The notes below the pieces were generated by a model that ran no database searches, was not told the origin of the DNA, and was given only the letters and a program-made list of their open reading frames with translations. Below, one piece after another: positions 1-10,946 of a stretch of DNA of 64,000 bases (within the stretch, counting starts at the first letter, position 1; the number at the start of each line of letters is the position of its first letter). Location of the stretch: assembly GCA_965213705.1 (NCBI GenBank), contig OZ243913.1, forward strand, positions 3,488,001 to 3,552,000. The letters are read 5' to 3'. The stretch comes from Trueperaceae bacterium. GTDB lineage: Bacteria; Deinococcota; Deinococci; Deinococcales; Trueperaceae. A program made the position numbers and the translations under genes.

Positions 1-814
1 AGGTGTCGAGGTCGTAAGCGTGCGACGGCTGACCCAGCTCAAAAGTTAAAAAGTTCGTCACGTCCACGACGTTGTTGCGCGGGCGTAAGCCGAGCGCGGC
101 CAGGCGGCGCTGCAACCACACGGGGCTAGGCGCGACCGTGACGCCGTCGACGCGCCGCAAGGTAAAGCGGGGGCACGCCGCCGGGTCGTCAATTTTTACC
201 GTGAGGCCGTCGTCTACAGTTTCGTCTCCAAGCTTGAGGTTTGCCGCAGGGTGTCTGTACGCCACGCCGAGCTTGGCCGCCAAGTCCCGCGCCACGCCCA
301 ACACGCTGAAAGCGTCGGCGCGGTTGGGGGTGATTTCCAGCTCGAGCACCGTCTCTTCCGGCCACAGTTTCCCGAGTTCAGCCCCGACGGCAGCGTCCTC
401 GCCGAAAACGATAATTCCGCCCGCGTAGTCGTACAGCCCCAACTCCTTCGGACTGCACAGCATTCCCTCGCTTGTTACGCCCATCACCTCGCGCGTTTCG
501 ACGTTCAGGTCGGCGGCGGGCAGGTGCGTTCCGGGTTTAGCCAAGGCGCTCAGCATGGGGGCGCGCACGTTCGGCGCGCCGCAGACGACCGTGTAGGTGC
601 TCGAGCCGTCGTCCACCTTGCAAACCGTGAGGTGGTCCGACCCGTCAAGCGGCGTCACCCCCGTCACCCGCGCCACAACTACTCCCGCGGGCGGCGCGGG
701 CAAGGTGAACACCCGCTCCACCCCGAGGCCGAGCTGGGGCAGCAAGTCGGCGACTTCTTCCAAGGGTGGCAAACTGGGGACGAATTCCTTGAGCCAGCTG
801 TAAGGCACGTTCAT
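1..814 (-). CDS. pheT: Phenylalanine-tRNA ligase beta subunit (5' part; runs off the window)
   Basis: Reverse ATG at 814 with AGGAGG RBS (821-826) reads MNVPYSWLKEF..., with VCGAPN, SEGMLCS and LEITPNRAD motifs; lies directly downstream of pheS. Confidence 0.95.
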   Translation of the reverse strand, partial: MNVPYSWLKEFVPSLPPLEEVADLLPQLGLGVERVFTLPAPPAGVVVARVTGVTPLDGSDHLTVCKVDDGSSTYTVVCGAPNVRAPMLSALAKPGTHLPAADLNVETREVMGVTSEGMLCSPKELGLYDYAGGIIVFGEDAAVGAELGKLWPEETVLELEITPNRADAFSVLGVARDLAAKLGVAYRHPAANLKLGDETVDDGLTVKIDDPAACPRFTLRRVDGVTVAPSPVWLQRRLAALGLRPRNNVVDVTNFLTFELGQPSHAYDLDT

Positions 815-902
815 GACAAGCCTCCTGCGAAGAGGAAAAAGGGAAGGAAAAGGAGAAGGGGTTTAACCTTTTTCCTTTCCACTTTCCACTTTCTCCTGCC
901 TC

Positions 903-2062
<1,160 letters not shown>

Positions 2063-2126
2063 CCGGAACCACGCGACTTTGGGGACGACGAGGTTTGGAG
2101 AGGGTTACTTTTAGAGACGATTACAC

Positions 2127-2168
2127 TGCGGTGTCTGTTTTGCGGTATCTGTCTTGCGGTGTCTGTTT
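2127..2168. repeat. 3 x 14-bp tandem repeat TGCGGT(G/A)TCTGT(T/C)T
   Basis: Read directly in the intergenic region. Confidence 0.85.
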
Positions 2169-2367
2169 GTAGCAGGTTTCTTTTCTCGAGACCAGTGGTT
2201 TGCAGCGTGACTCTGGATCTGCTGAGAAATCCGTTACACGAAGTCGACCCGTCGCAACGCTTTGTGACGTCCGTCCGGCTGTGTCGTTCGGCATCCCCTA
2301 AACTGTTTACTCTTGAGAGTACACAACCTATTTTGGAGGTAAACTCGTGTTCGGAGGCAGCGTCAAT

Positions 2368-2589
2368 ATGGAAAAGTGGGTCGTGAGCATAAACGAGACG
2401 CAGTTGGCGTCGTTGAGCGAGGAACAGCGGAACTTGGGCACGGTGTTGCAGGGGCCGGGGGGCGAGCACTTTTTGGTCTTTCGGGACGGTTTCGTGGCGC
2501 TCAAAATGGCGTCGCAACTCGGCGCGACCTGCAAACCGGAGAGGGCGGCCGCCACGAACGCGACCAGCTACGCCCCGCCCGCCAACTGA
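2368..2589 (+). CDS. Small hypothetical protein (73 aa)
   Basis: GGAGG RBS at 2353-2357, ATG 2368, protein-like composition (MEKWVVSINETQL...). Confidence 0.6.
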   Translation: MEKWVVSINETQLASLSEEQRNLGTVLQGPGGEHFLVFRDGFVALKMASQLGATCKPERAAATNATSYAPPAN

Positions 2590-2608
2590 GTTAGGGGCAC
2601 GTTTCCGC

Positions 2609-3184
2609 TCAGGCGTCGGCGTCGAACACGTCGCAAAACCACGCGTTCCCCTGAAACACGGTGTCGTGGATGAGGCTGCCCCGGCCGCTTACACGCGCCT
2701 CGCCCCAAGCTTCGGCCTCGGCGTGGGTGGTGAACGGGCCGACGAGCCGATTCGCCTCGCCCGACCACGTGGCGGGGTTCAAGGGCAGGGCGAGTTGCCG
2801 GTGCTCGCCCTGGCGGTCGGTGACAACGCGGTAGTAAACATGGTTTTCGGCGTGAACGTCCAGGGCGGCCAGCCGCCCCAAGGCGTCGTCGAGACGTTTT
2901 GTTTCGGTAGGCGTCAGCGGGGGAAAGACCAGCAAGGTCGTCGCAGCGTCGCCCGGCACCTCAAACAAGTCGTAGTGGCGAAAGGCGGCGAAAAATACGG
3001 CGCTCGCCGCCGGTTGCAAGTCGGGTGCAACTTGCAGCAGGGGTGCGGCGTTCAGCATCTTGTAGCGCTGCGGGTCGCTGCGTTTCAGGTCGTCCAAGTC
3101 GAGACCTGCCGCCGCGGCGCGTTGCCGCGCGGCCTCGGTGGGGATGTGGTGCTCGAGCACACTGTTCGTCCTACCGTCTGTCAT
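2609..3184 (-). CDS. Hypothetical protein (191 aa)
   Basis: Long ORF with host-like codon usage; no motif recognised. Confidence 0.7.
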   Translation of the reverse strand: MTDGRTNSVLEHHIPTEAARQRAAAAGLDLDDLKRSDPQRYKMLNAAPLLQVAPDLQPAASAVFFAAFRHYDLFEVPGDAATTLLVFPPLTPTETKRLDDALGRLAALDVHAENHVYYRVVTDRQGEHRQLALPLNPATWSGEANRLVGPFTTHAEAEAWGEARVSGRGSLIHDTVFQGNAWFCDVFDADA

Positions 3185-3319
3185 AACCGTCCATAGCGCT
3201 CAGTTTAGCGTGTTCATGACGGGTCTTCTACCGCGGAAATTCGTGAACCGGGTATTAAGACTTCTTACCGTCTCCACCTTCGCCAGGTGCTAAGGTCTGT
3301 GGGTGAAAAGGAGGTCGGC

Positions 3320-4501
3320 ATGAACCCAACCTTGATTCGCTCGACCCGACTGCTGACGAAAACGCTGCTGACCGCTGCCCTGTTGGCCCTGGTGACCGCT
3401 CAGGCTCAGGACAACGTCGTCATCAGCCCACAGTCAATCGTCGTCAACCCCAAACCTGCGTTCGGCGTGGAGGTGTCGGTGGACAAAGACGCCAGTGGCG
3501 ACAGCGCGCCGAGTTACAACGTCGGTGAGACCGTCACCATCAGCGTCAAAGTCACCGAGACCGCCTACGTGTACTTGTTCAACGTGCGCTCGAGCGGCGA
3601 GATTCAGCAAATTTTGCCCAACCGCTACGACGACGCCGGCAAAAACAACCGTGTCCAGGCGGGCCAGACCAAGGTTTTCCCCGCACCGAACGCGCCCTAC
3701 ACGTTTTCGGTTGAAGGGCCGCAGGGTCTCGACAAGGTTATCGCGGTCGCCAGCAAGGAACCGCTCGACACCTCGACCCTCGCCGACTTCGGCCAGGACC
3801 CCAACTTCGCCTCGAGCAACCAGAGCGAACAGAGTTTCGCGCAGAGTTTGAGCATCGTCGTCACCCCCAAACCGCAAAACAGTTGGGTCACCGACACCGC
3901 GCTGCTCTACGTCGGCTCGGCCCCAGCGACGCCGGTCTACGGCACCTTGAACATCACCTCTACGCCGTCCGGAGCGGCGGCGTATGTAGACAGCCAGTTC
4001 GTCGGCACCACGCCGGTTCGTTTCGGCACGCGCGCTGGCACGCACACGGTCCGGTTGGAGCTGTCCGGTTACGCGCCCGTCAGCACCGACGTGACCCTAA
4101 ACGGCGGGCAGTCGCTGCCGGTCGACCTGAGTCTGGGCGGGAACGCCCCGCAACCACAGTCGGTTGCGGTCACTGCGCCACAAGCTCAGCCGGTAACGGT
4201 CAGGTCCGGAGCCCTCAGCGACTCACTCGGGCTGAACCTCTATCCGGGTGCAACGCTCCGCAAGCTCGAGCAGGACTCCGGCAAGCTCAAAGCCCAGTTC
4301 GACAGCGGCGCTTCGCTCCAACAAGTTTACGACGACCTGCACCGCCAACTCTCAGAAAACGGCTGGCAACGGACCCTGTTGCAAACCAAGGACGCGGCGA
4401 CCAAGCTGGAGGCCGACTACGCCCGCAACGGGCAAGGGTTGGACATCAAGCTCGACCACGAGGGCAAGAGCGGCAAGTACAAGCTCGAGCTGAAGTTTTG
4501 A
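3320..4501 (+). CDS. Secreted DUF4384 + PEGA domain (S-layer-like) protein
   Basis: GGAGG RBS, signal peptide, ISPQSIVVNP and YVYLFNV..G.IQQILPN motifs, PEGA repeat (TSTPSGAAAYVDSQFVGTTP). Confidence 0.85.
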   Translation: MNPTLIRSTRLLTKTLLTAALLALVTAQAQDNVVISPQSIVVNPKPAFGVEVSVDKDASGDSAPSYNVGETVTISVKVTETAYVYLFNVRSSGEIQQILPNRYDDAGKNNRVQAGQTKVFPAPNAPYTFSVEGPQGLDKVIAVASKEPLDTSTLADFGQDPNFASSNQSEQSFAQSLSIVVTPKPQNSWVTDTALLYVGSAPATPVYGTLNITSTPSGAAAYVDSQFVGTTPVRFGTRAGTHTVRLELSGYAPVSTDVTLNGGQSLPVDLSLGGNAPQPQSVAVTAPQAQPVTVRSGALSDSLGLNLYPGATLRKLEQDSGKLKAQFDSGASLQQVYDDLHRQLSENGWQRTLLQTKDAATKLEADYARNGQGLDIKLDHEGKSGKYKLELKF

Positions 4502-4613
4502 TACCCCGTCATTGAGAAGCAGCTTTACCGAGCAGCTTTACCGAGAAACAGCGAGGGCTCAGCAAATTCCGCTGAGCCCTCAGTTTTTGCCTGGCAGTCA
4601 GGGTTGGGACAGT

Positions 4614-5774
4614 TTAGGCCGGTACCAACACCTCGTCAAACACCGTGCTCAGGTGAGGTTTGCCCAAAATCTCACCGAGGGCGCTCATCAGGCGGGCGTA
4701 GTGCTCGAGCCGGGCGTTTTCGCCCATGAGTCCCAAGCGCCAGATTTTGCCCGCCGTTTCGCCCAGGCCGCCGGTCACGCTGATGAAGTGTTCTTCGCGC
4801 AAGCGGCGGCGCACCGACACGTCGTCCAAGCCTTCGGGCAGTCTTACGGCCAGCACAGTAGGCAGGCGGTAGGCCTCGGGGATAAACGCGCTGAAACCCG
4901 CGGTCTCGAGGGCGGCCAGCGCCGCCCGACCTACCTCTTGAACGCGGCGGGCACGGTTGTCGATGCCTTCGTCCAGCGCCGCTGAAATCGCCTCGCCCGT
5001 GGCCCAGTGGAGTTGCACCGGCACCGTGTGGTGGTACTTGCGGCCTTTTTCGCCGACGGCCCAGTAGTGCTCCATGCCGAGGGCGTCGTTGTACCAAGTT
5101 GTCACGGGCGTTTTGCGCTCCCGAATCGCGGCCATCGCCCGTGCGCTGAAGGCGACCGGGGCCAGACCGGGCGGGGCGGACAAGCATTTTTGCGAACCCG
5201 TGTAGGCGTAGTCGACGCCCCAGGCCGCCATCTCGAAGGGCAACATGCCGACCGTCGTCACCGCGTCGACGGTGTAGAGCGCGTTCACCTCGGCGGCAAC
5301 GTCGCCAATCGCTCGAACCGGGTTGAGGACGCCGGTGCTCGTCTCGCCGTGAACGGCGGCGATGAGTTTGGGCCTGACTTCAAGTGCGGCTTGTCGCACC
5401 ACCTCGACGTCGACGGGTGAAGAGGCCGGAAAACGCACCTGGGTAACGTTCGCGCCGAGCCGCGTCGCCATCTCGGCCATGCGCTCGCCGAACACGCCGT
5501 TGTTGACGACGAGCGCGCGGTCGTTCGCCTCGAGCAGGTTGGCAAACCCCGCCTCCATCCCGAGCGAACCCGTGCCCGAGAGCAGACTCGTGAACGCGTC
5601 CGGCCGGGTGCGGTACAAACGGTGCAAATCGGCGACCACGCGGTCGTTGTAGGCGAACACGTCCGCGTCCATGTGGCCGCGCATCGGCCAGTGCAGCGCG
5701 GCCAGGGCTCGAGGGTGTATCGGTGTGGGGCCGGGGGTCAGCAGCAACACTTCTCTCGTCAAGTCCATAAACAT
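4614..5774 (-). CDS. Class V PLP aminotransferase (alanine-glyoxylate/serine-pyruvate family)
   Basis: LLTPGPTP, HGETSTGVLNP, VDAVT and GSQKCLSAPPG (PLP lysine) motifs. Confidence 0.93.
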   Translation of the reverse strand: MFMDLTREVLLLTPGPTPIHPRALAALHWPMRGHMDADVFAYNDRVVADLHRLYRTRPDAFTSLLSGTGSLGMEAGFANLLEANDRALVVNNGVFGERMAEMATRLGANVTQVRFPASSPVDVEVVRQAALEVRPKLIAAVHGETSTGVLNPVRAIGDVAAEVNALYTVDAVTTVGMLPFEMAAWGVDYAYTGSQKCLSAPPGLAPVAFSARAMAAIRERKTPVTTWYNDALGMEHYWAVGEKGRKYHHTVPVQLHWATGEAISAALDEGIDNRARRVQEVGRAALAALETAGFSAFIPEAYRLPTVLAVRLPEGLDDVSVRRRLREEHFISVTGGLGETAGKIWRLGLMGENARLEHYARLMSALGEILGKPHLSTVFDEVLVPA

Positions 5775-5957
5775 CCTTGTCTGTAGCGCTCAACTCTCAA
5801 CACCAAAAAAAACGACCACACCTGACAGGCGGGTCATCGGGGATGCGACGCGTATCAAAAACGGGTCGCGGTCAAAAAGCTCGCGGCGCTAAACTCATAC
5901 TAGTGAGTAGTTTACACAAGATGGTGCTCTTTGTAAAGTTCGAAACTTCATACAGGG

Positions 5958-5988
5958 CAAAAAAGCGGAGGTGCAAGCACCTCCGCTC
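5958..5988 (-). terminator. Intrinsic terminator after secDF
   Basis: AGCGGAGGTGC-TT-GCACCTCCGCT hairpin followed by a T-tract on the minus strand. Confidence 0.8.
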
Positions 5989-6001
5989 AGAAAGCTTCAG
6001 C

Positions 6002-8242
6002 TCAGGCCGTGCGCCGTCTGGACGTGCTCGGCTTGCGCTGCCAGCGCTTGAACCACACCACCAGCGGCGCGAGGATGAAAATCGACGAGTAGGTGCCGAT
6101 GCCGATGCCGATGAGAAGTGCCGTGCTGAAGTCCCGCAGCACGCTGCCGCCGAAGAAAAACAGCGCCAACACCGGCAACAACGTGGTGCCCGAAGTCATG
6201 ACGGTGCGCGACAGGGTTTGGTTGACCGACCTGTCCACGATGGCCTCATAACTCTCGCTGCGACTCCTGCGCAGGTTCTCGCGGATGCGGTCGGCGATGA
6301 TGATGGAGTCGTTGAGCGAGTAACCCACCACGAACAAAATCGCCGCCAACACCGGAATGCTGAAGGTCGCGTTGATGAGGTCGAGCCCGCCCATGACGAT
6401 GCCGACGTCGTGGATGACCGCGATGATGGCGGCGACCGCGATAATCCAGTTCGGCCAAAAGCGCCAGGTCACGTACACCAAAATCAGCGCCAGGGCGACC
6501 AACAGGGCGTAAACGGCTCCCTGCCGCAGGTCCGAGCCGACCGACGGCCCGACGAAGTCGGCCGAGAGCAACCGGGCGTTCAGGCTTTGGGCCAGCGCGC
6601 TCGAGAACTGGTCGCTCGCTTCGTTTTCGCTCACGCCGGTGCGCACCGAAATGAGCTTGGTGTTGGCGAGTGCTGGGGTCGCGTCGGTGGCCGCGTCCGG
6701 CGCAGCGCCGACGCTGCTGATGGTGGGGTCTTGCACCTCTTGAACGAGCGCGCCGCTGCCGCTCAGGCCCGCCAGCCCTAAGGCGTCGATGGCGGTACGC
6801 ACGTCGTTGACGCTTGTGTTTTCGTCCACCTGGTAGAGCGCGGTGGTGCCGCCGGTAAAGTCGACGGACAAGTCGAGGCCGCGGACCAAGACGATGACGA
6901 GCGAGCCCGCCGCCAACAAGCCCGAAATCGTCATCACCACGGGCGCGAGCTTGATGAACTTGATGCCCGTAGAGTAAAAGCCGTTCGGCATGAGCGGCCG
7001 CTTAATTCTCAGGGTGAGCACGTCGAGCAAAAACGGCACCACGACGATGTTGACGAACACCGCCGCGACGATGCCGATGGCGAGGGTAATCGCAAACCCA
7101 CGCACCGGCCCCGTGGTGTACTGGTAAAGCGCCGCCGCCGCGAGAATGGTGGTGACGTTGGCGTCGATGATGGCGGACAGCGAATGGCCGAAGCCCGCCT
7201 TCATGGCGAGCCGCAAACTTTTCCCGGTGCGCAACTCTTCTTTGATGCGCTCGAACGAAATCACGTTGCCGTCGACCGCCGCGCCGATGGTCAACACGAG
7301 TCCGGCTAAGCCGGGCAGCGTGAGCACCGCTCCGAGCCCGGCCAACGCGCCGAAGATAAAAAGCACGACGAGCACAAGCCCGAAGGTTAAGACGCCGCCG
7401 AAAAGCGGGCCGTAGTAGAGCAAAATCGTCGCCACGACGAGTGCGCCGCCGATGAGCGCCGCGCGCGTACCCGCGGCAATCGAGTCCTGGCCCAGGGTCG
7501 GCCCGATGGCGCGAATCTCCTCGACTTCCAAGTTGATGGGCAGTGAGCCGCTGCGCAGCACGAGCGCGACGTTGGTCGCCTCGTCGAGCGAGTCCATCCC
7601 GGTAATCTGGCCGCTGTCGCTTATCGCACCCTGGATGCGCGGCGCGGTAATAACGTTGCCGTCCAGCACGACCGCCATCCGGTTGCCTATATTGCTGCGG
7701 GTAAAAGCGCCGAAGTCGCCCGCAAATTCGCGCTTGACGTCGAACAAGACGACCGCCCCGGTGACGGTTGCGCCGCCCAAGCGGTCGAAGTCCGCTCGAG
7801 CGTCGCGCAAAATCTCGCCGGTAAAGGCGGTCGGTTCCATGTCGGCGTCTACCAAGTCGGCGGCGAGTTTGTCACCCACCTCGGCCCTGACGACGCGGAA
7901 CTCGAGCACCGCCTGTTGGCCGATTAAACCCAGCGCCCGGTCCTGGTCGTCGGAGGAGAGCCCCGGCAACTCGACGACGATGCGGTTGCCGCCGGAGGTT
8001 TGAATGAGCGGTTCGGACACACCGAACTCGTTGATGCGGTTTTCAATCACGTTACGAGCGGCGTTCATGTCCTCGGGGGAGGGGTCGCCCTCTTGCGCCT
8101 GCAACACCACGCGCAGGCCCCCTTGCAGGTCGAGACCCAGCCTGAGCGGCTCGGCCGCCACGTTCCAGGGTTGCCACAGGTACAACAGCGAGGCGGTAAT
8201 CGCGGCGAGGACTATCACGCCGGTAAAGTTTCTTCGGTTCAT
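6002..8242 (-). CDS. secDF: Protein translocase subunit SecDF (fused)
   Basis: LGLDLQGG, IGPTLG, VDGNV..FERIKEE, DFTGG and GYSLNDSIIIADRIREN motifs; SecD and SecF halves in one ORF. Confidence 0.97.
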   Translation of the reverse strand: MNRRNFTGVIVLAAITASLLYLWQPWNVAAEPLRLGLDLQGGLRVVLQAQEGDPSPEDMNAARNVIENRINEFGVSEPLIQTSGGNRIVVELPGLSSDDQDRALGLIGQQAVLEFRVVRAEVGDKLAADLVDADMEPTAFTGEILRDARADFDRLGGATVTGAVVLFDVKREFAGDFGAFTRSNIGNRMAVVLDGNVITAPRIQGAISDSGQITGMDSLDEATNVALVLRSGSLPINLEVEEIRAIGPTLGQDSIAAGTRAALIGGALVVATILLYYGPLFGGVLTFGLVLVVLFIFGALAGLGAVLTLPGLAGLVLTIGAAVDGNVISFERIKEELRTGKSLRLAMKAGFGHSLSAIIDANVTTILAAAALYQYTTGPVRGFAITLAIGIVAAVFVNIVVVPFLLDVLTLRIKRPLMPNGFYSTGIKFIKLAPVVMTISGLLAAGSLVIVLVRGLDLSVDFTGGTTALYQVDENTSVNDVRTAIDALGLAGLSGSGALVQEVQDPTISSVGAAPDAATDATPALANTKLISVRTGVSENEASDQFSSALAQSLNARLLSADFVGPSVGSDLRQGAVYALLVALALILVYVTWRFWPNWIIAVAAIIAVIHDVGIVMGGLDLINATFSIPVLAAILFVVGYSLNDSIIIADRIRENLRRSRSESYEAIVDRSVNQTLSRTVMTSGTTLLPVLALFFFGGSVLRDFSTALLIGIGIGTYSSIFILAPLVVWFKRWQRKPSTSRRRTA

Positions 8243-8320
8243 AAGGCTCCTAAAGGCAGTAGTTAAGTCAGTAGCTTGTGAGGGTTTGGAGTTGAAACGT
8301 GTTGACGAAGTGCGTTGGAA

Positions 8321-8388
8321 AGTACCGAGTACCTAGTACCGAGTCGAAAGTGTTTTTACTCGGTACTTTTCACTCGGTACTCGGCACT
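8321..8388. repeat. Heptamer-based palindromic repeat (AGTACCG units), copy 1
   Basis: AGTACCG AGTACCT AGTACCG followed by inverted ACTCGGT units; related copies at about 41270 and 43120. Confidence 0.8.
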
Positions 8389-8391
8389 ACT

Positions 8392-8721
8392 TCACCCACC
8401 CTCGAGCTGCAACTGCCCGAAGCTGATGAGCAAGTCTCGAGCTACGTCGGCCGCGCCGTGGTGCAAAAAACGCCCGACGAGTCGCCAGTGCCGCGCTGAG
8501 ACGCCCAGCAGGGCGACCTCGAACGAAAAGGTGTCGAGGCGGGCCCCGCCGGGCGTGCTCGCGCTGAGCTTGAGGCTCTCGAGCAGAGCGGACGCGCGCG
8601 TGCCCATGCCCACGCCGCCCCCGTCCGGTTGCGCCGCCCGGTGCGACGCCGCGACGAGCGGCAACAACGCGAGTGCAACGCTGAGCAAAACGGGAAGGAG
8701 GTAGGAATTTCGCTTGGTCAC
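8392..8721 (-). CDS. Small protein with N-terminal signal/TM segment upstream of secDF (109 aa)
   Basis: N-terminus MTKRNSYLLPVLLSVALALLPLVAAS, C-terminus FGQLQLEGG; co-oriented with secDF. Confidence 0.65.
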   Translation of the reverse strand: MTKRNSYLLPVLLSVALALLPLVAASHRAAQPDGGGVGMGTRASALLESLKLSASTPGGARLDTFSFEVALLGVSARHWRLVGRFLHHGAADVARDLLISFGQLQLEGG

Positions 8722-8834
8722 AGGGTACTTTCGGTCTTTACCGTAGGCGGGCTGGGTTGTTGCTACGCCGTCTCAGCCTGTGGCTTGTGGCGAGTGATAG
8801 AACCACAAGCTACAAGCCACTCGCCACCGGCTTT

Positions 8835-10610
8835 CTAAACCGGCACTTCCACCATGTCGTAAACCTCGATAATGTCACCTTCTTGGGGGTTGTCGTAGTT
8901 TTGCAGGTTGATGCCGCATTCGAACCCGGTGCCGACCTCGCGCACGTCGTCTTTAAAGCGGCGCAGTTGGGCGACGGAACCTTTGTACACTTCCTTACCG
9001 CCTCGTATGAGCCGCGCCTTCGCGCCGCGGCGAATCGTTCCGTCGGTGACGTAAGAACCGGCGATGTTGCCACTCCTGGGCACACGGATAATCTGACGCA
9101 CTTCGGCGTGGCCGATGACTTGCTCGGCGAACTCCGGCTCGATTTGGCCGCGAATCAGGCGCTGCACGTCCTCGATGAGTTCGTAGATGATTCGGTAGGT
9201 TTTCAGCGTGACACCCTGGCGCTCGGCGGCTTTTTTGACGCTCCCGGCCGGGTTCACCCCAAAGGCCATGATGGTCGCGTCGGCGGTGCCGGCCAGCAGC
9301 AGGTCGGACTCGGTCGGCGCGCCGACCTCGGCGAGCATGAGGTTGAGGTCGACCTCGTCGGTCACGGCGGCCTCTTTGATAAGAACGCCTTTGATAGCCT
9401 CGAGCGAGCCTTGCGTGTCGGCCCGCAAAATCAGGTTGAGCGTCGTGACTTTCGTGGTGCCGAACAGGTCGGCGAGCGTCACGTTCTTTTGACCGATAAG
9501 TTCACGCTCGGCGTCTTCACGGGCTTCGCTGCGCGCGGCGGTCAAGTTTTTGGCGGTCACTTCGTCCGCTACGGCCTCGAAGGTTTCGCCGGCGGCGGGC
9601 TGGTTGCTGAAGCCCAAAATCTGCACCGGGAACGACGGCCCCGCCGCCTCGACGCGCTTGCCCGCCGAGTCGTTCATGGCGCGCACCTTGGCCCAACTGC
9701 GGCCTGACACGAGGTAGTCGGTCACGTGCAGCGTGCCTTCTTGAATAATCAGCGTCGCCAGCACGCCCGCGCGCTTGTCGAGCACCGACTCGATGATGAC
9801 GCCTTTGGCGGGTGTGTCGGCGGGCGCGCGCAGGTCCTCGACCTCGGCGACGAGGGAAATCATCTCGAGCAAATCGTCCACCCCTTGCCCGGTCTTGGCG
9901 CTGATGGGCACCACGATGGTGTCGCCGCCGAAGTCCTCGGGCACGAGTTCGACCTGCATCAGGTCTTGCTTGACCCGGTCGGGGTTGGCCTGGGGCAGGT
10001 CGATTTTGTTAATCGCCACGATGATGGGCACGCGTGCGGCCTTGGCGTGGGCGATGGCCTCGCGCGTTTGCGGCATGATGGAGTCGTCCGCGGCCACGAC
10101 CACCACGGCGATGTCGGTGGCGTTCGCGCCGCGCTGCCGAATGGCCGTGAACGCTTCGTGGCCCGGCGTGTCGATGAACGTGACCAGCCCGCGCTCGGTC
10201 TGCGCCTGGTACGCCCCGATGTGCTGGGTAATGCCGCCCGCCTCGCGCTCGGCGACGGCGGTTTTGCGGATGAAGTCGAGCAAGGAAGTCTTGCCGTGGT
10301 CGACGTGACCCATCACGGTGACGACCGGCGCGCGGGTCGGGCCGGTCGGCGCGGCTTTTTGGGGGGCGGGTTCGGCCGCGACCTGCGCCGCGCGAGCCTC
10401 GGCTGCGGCGGCGTGCTCGAGAGCCGCTTCGGCTTCGGGTGCGCCGCCTTCATCGGCGATGAGCTGCCGGATGGTGTCGGCGATGTCGCCTTCCAAGGTG
10501 CTCGAGTGCGACTTGTACTCGACGCCCATCTCGTCGAGGATGGGCAACAGGTCTTTGGACTCCATGTTCAAGTCTTTGGCTAACTGGTAAATCCTTACCT
10601 TATCGGACAT
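8835..10610 (-). CDS. infB: Translation initiation factor IF-2
   Basis: [20 protein letters not shown] and ECGI motifs; GGAGG RBS upstream of ATG 10610. Confidence 0.98.
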   Translation of the reverse strand: MSDKVRIYQLAKDLNMESKDLLPILDEMGVEYKSHSSTLEGDIADTIRQLIADEGGAPEAEAALEHAAAAEARAAQVAAEPAPQKAAPTGPTRAPVVTVMGHVDHGKTSLLDFIRKTAVAEREAGGITQHIGAYQAQTERGLVTFIDTPGHEAFTAIRQRGANATDIAVVVVAADDSIMPQTREAIAHAKAARVPIIVAINKIDLPQANPDRVKQDLMQVELVPEDFGGDTIVVPISAKTGQGVDDLLEMISLVAEVEDLRAPADTPAKGVIIESVLDKRAGVLATLIIQEGTLHVTDYLVSGRSWAKVRAMNDSAGKRVEAAGPSFPVQILGFSNQPAAGETFEAVADEVTAKNLTAARSEAREDAERELIGQKNVTLADLFGTTKVTTLNLILRADTQGSLEAIKGVLIKEAAVTDEVDLNLMLAEVGAPTESDLLLAGTADATIMAFGVNPAGSVKKAAERQGVTLKTYRIIYELIEDVQRLIRGQIEPEFAEQVIGHAEVRQIIRVPRSGNIAGSYVTDGTIRRGAKARLIRGGKEVYKGSVAQLRRFKDDVREVGTGFECGINLQNYDNPQEGDIIEVYDMVEVPV

Positions 10611-10944
10611 TCGTACCTCCACGGTTCGGGGTTGGGGCGGGTTTTTGAGCTGTGTTTTGGACAGGCTGAGGCGCGGGTTGTGCGCCGGTTTGCGCCACAG
10701 CGTGGTTGAGATAAGCCGAAATTTGTGCGGCGACGTGCTCGGCCTCAGCGCGGAAAAAACGTTTTAGGGCTTTAGGGCGTTGACACGTTTCCTCGTCGCG
10801 GCACAGCCACGCGCCGCGGCCGCCGCCTTTGCGCGTGGCGTCCAGCTGCCAGGCGTCTTCTACCTTGTAAAAGCGCAGCAGTTCGGCCTGCGGGCGCGAG
10901 TCGCGGCACACCACGCAGCGGCGTAAGGGGACGTGTTTCGCCAT
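10600..10944 (-). CDS. ylxR: YlxR/DUF448 family RNA-binding protein
   Basis: HVPLRRCVVCR and GRGAWLC motifs; lies between nusA and infB. Confidence 0.9.
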   Translation of the reverse strand: MAKHVPLRRCVVCRDSRPQAELLRFYKVEDAWQLDATRKGGGRGAWLCRDEETCQRPKALKRFFRAEAEHVAAQISAYLNHAVAQTGAQPAPQPVQNTAQKPAPTPNRGGTNVR

Positions 10945-10946
10945 GT

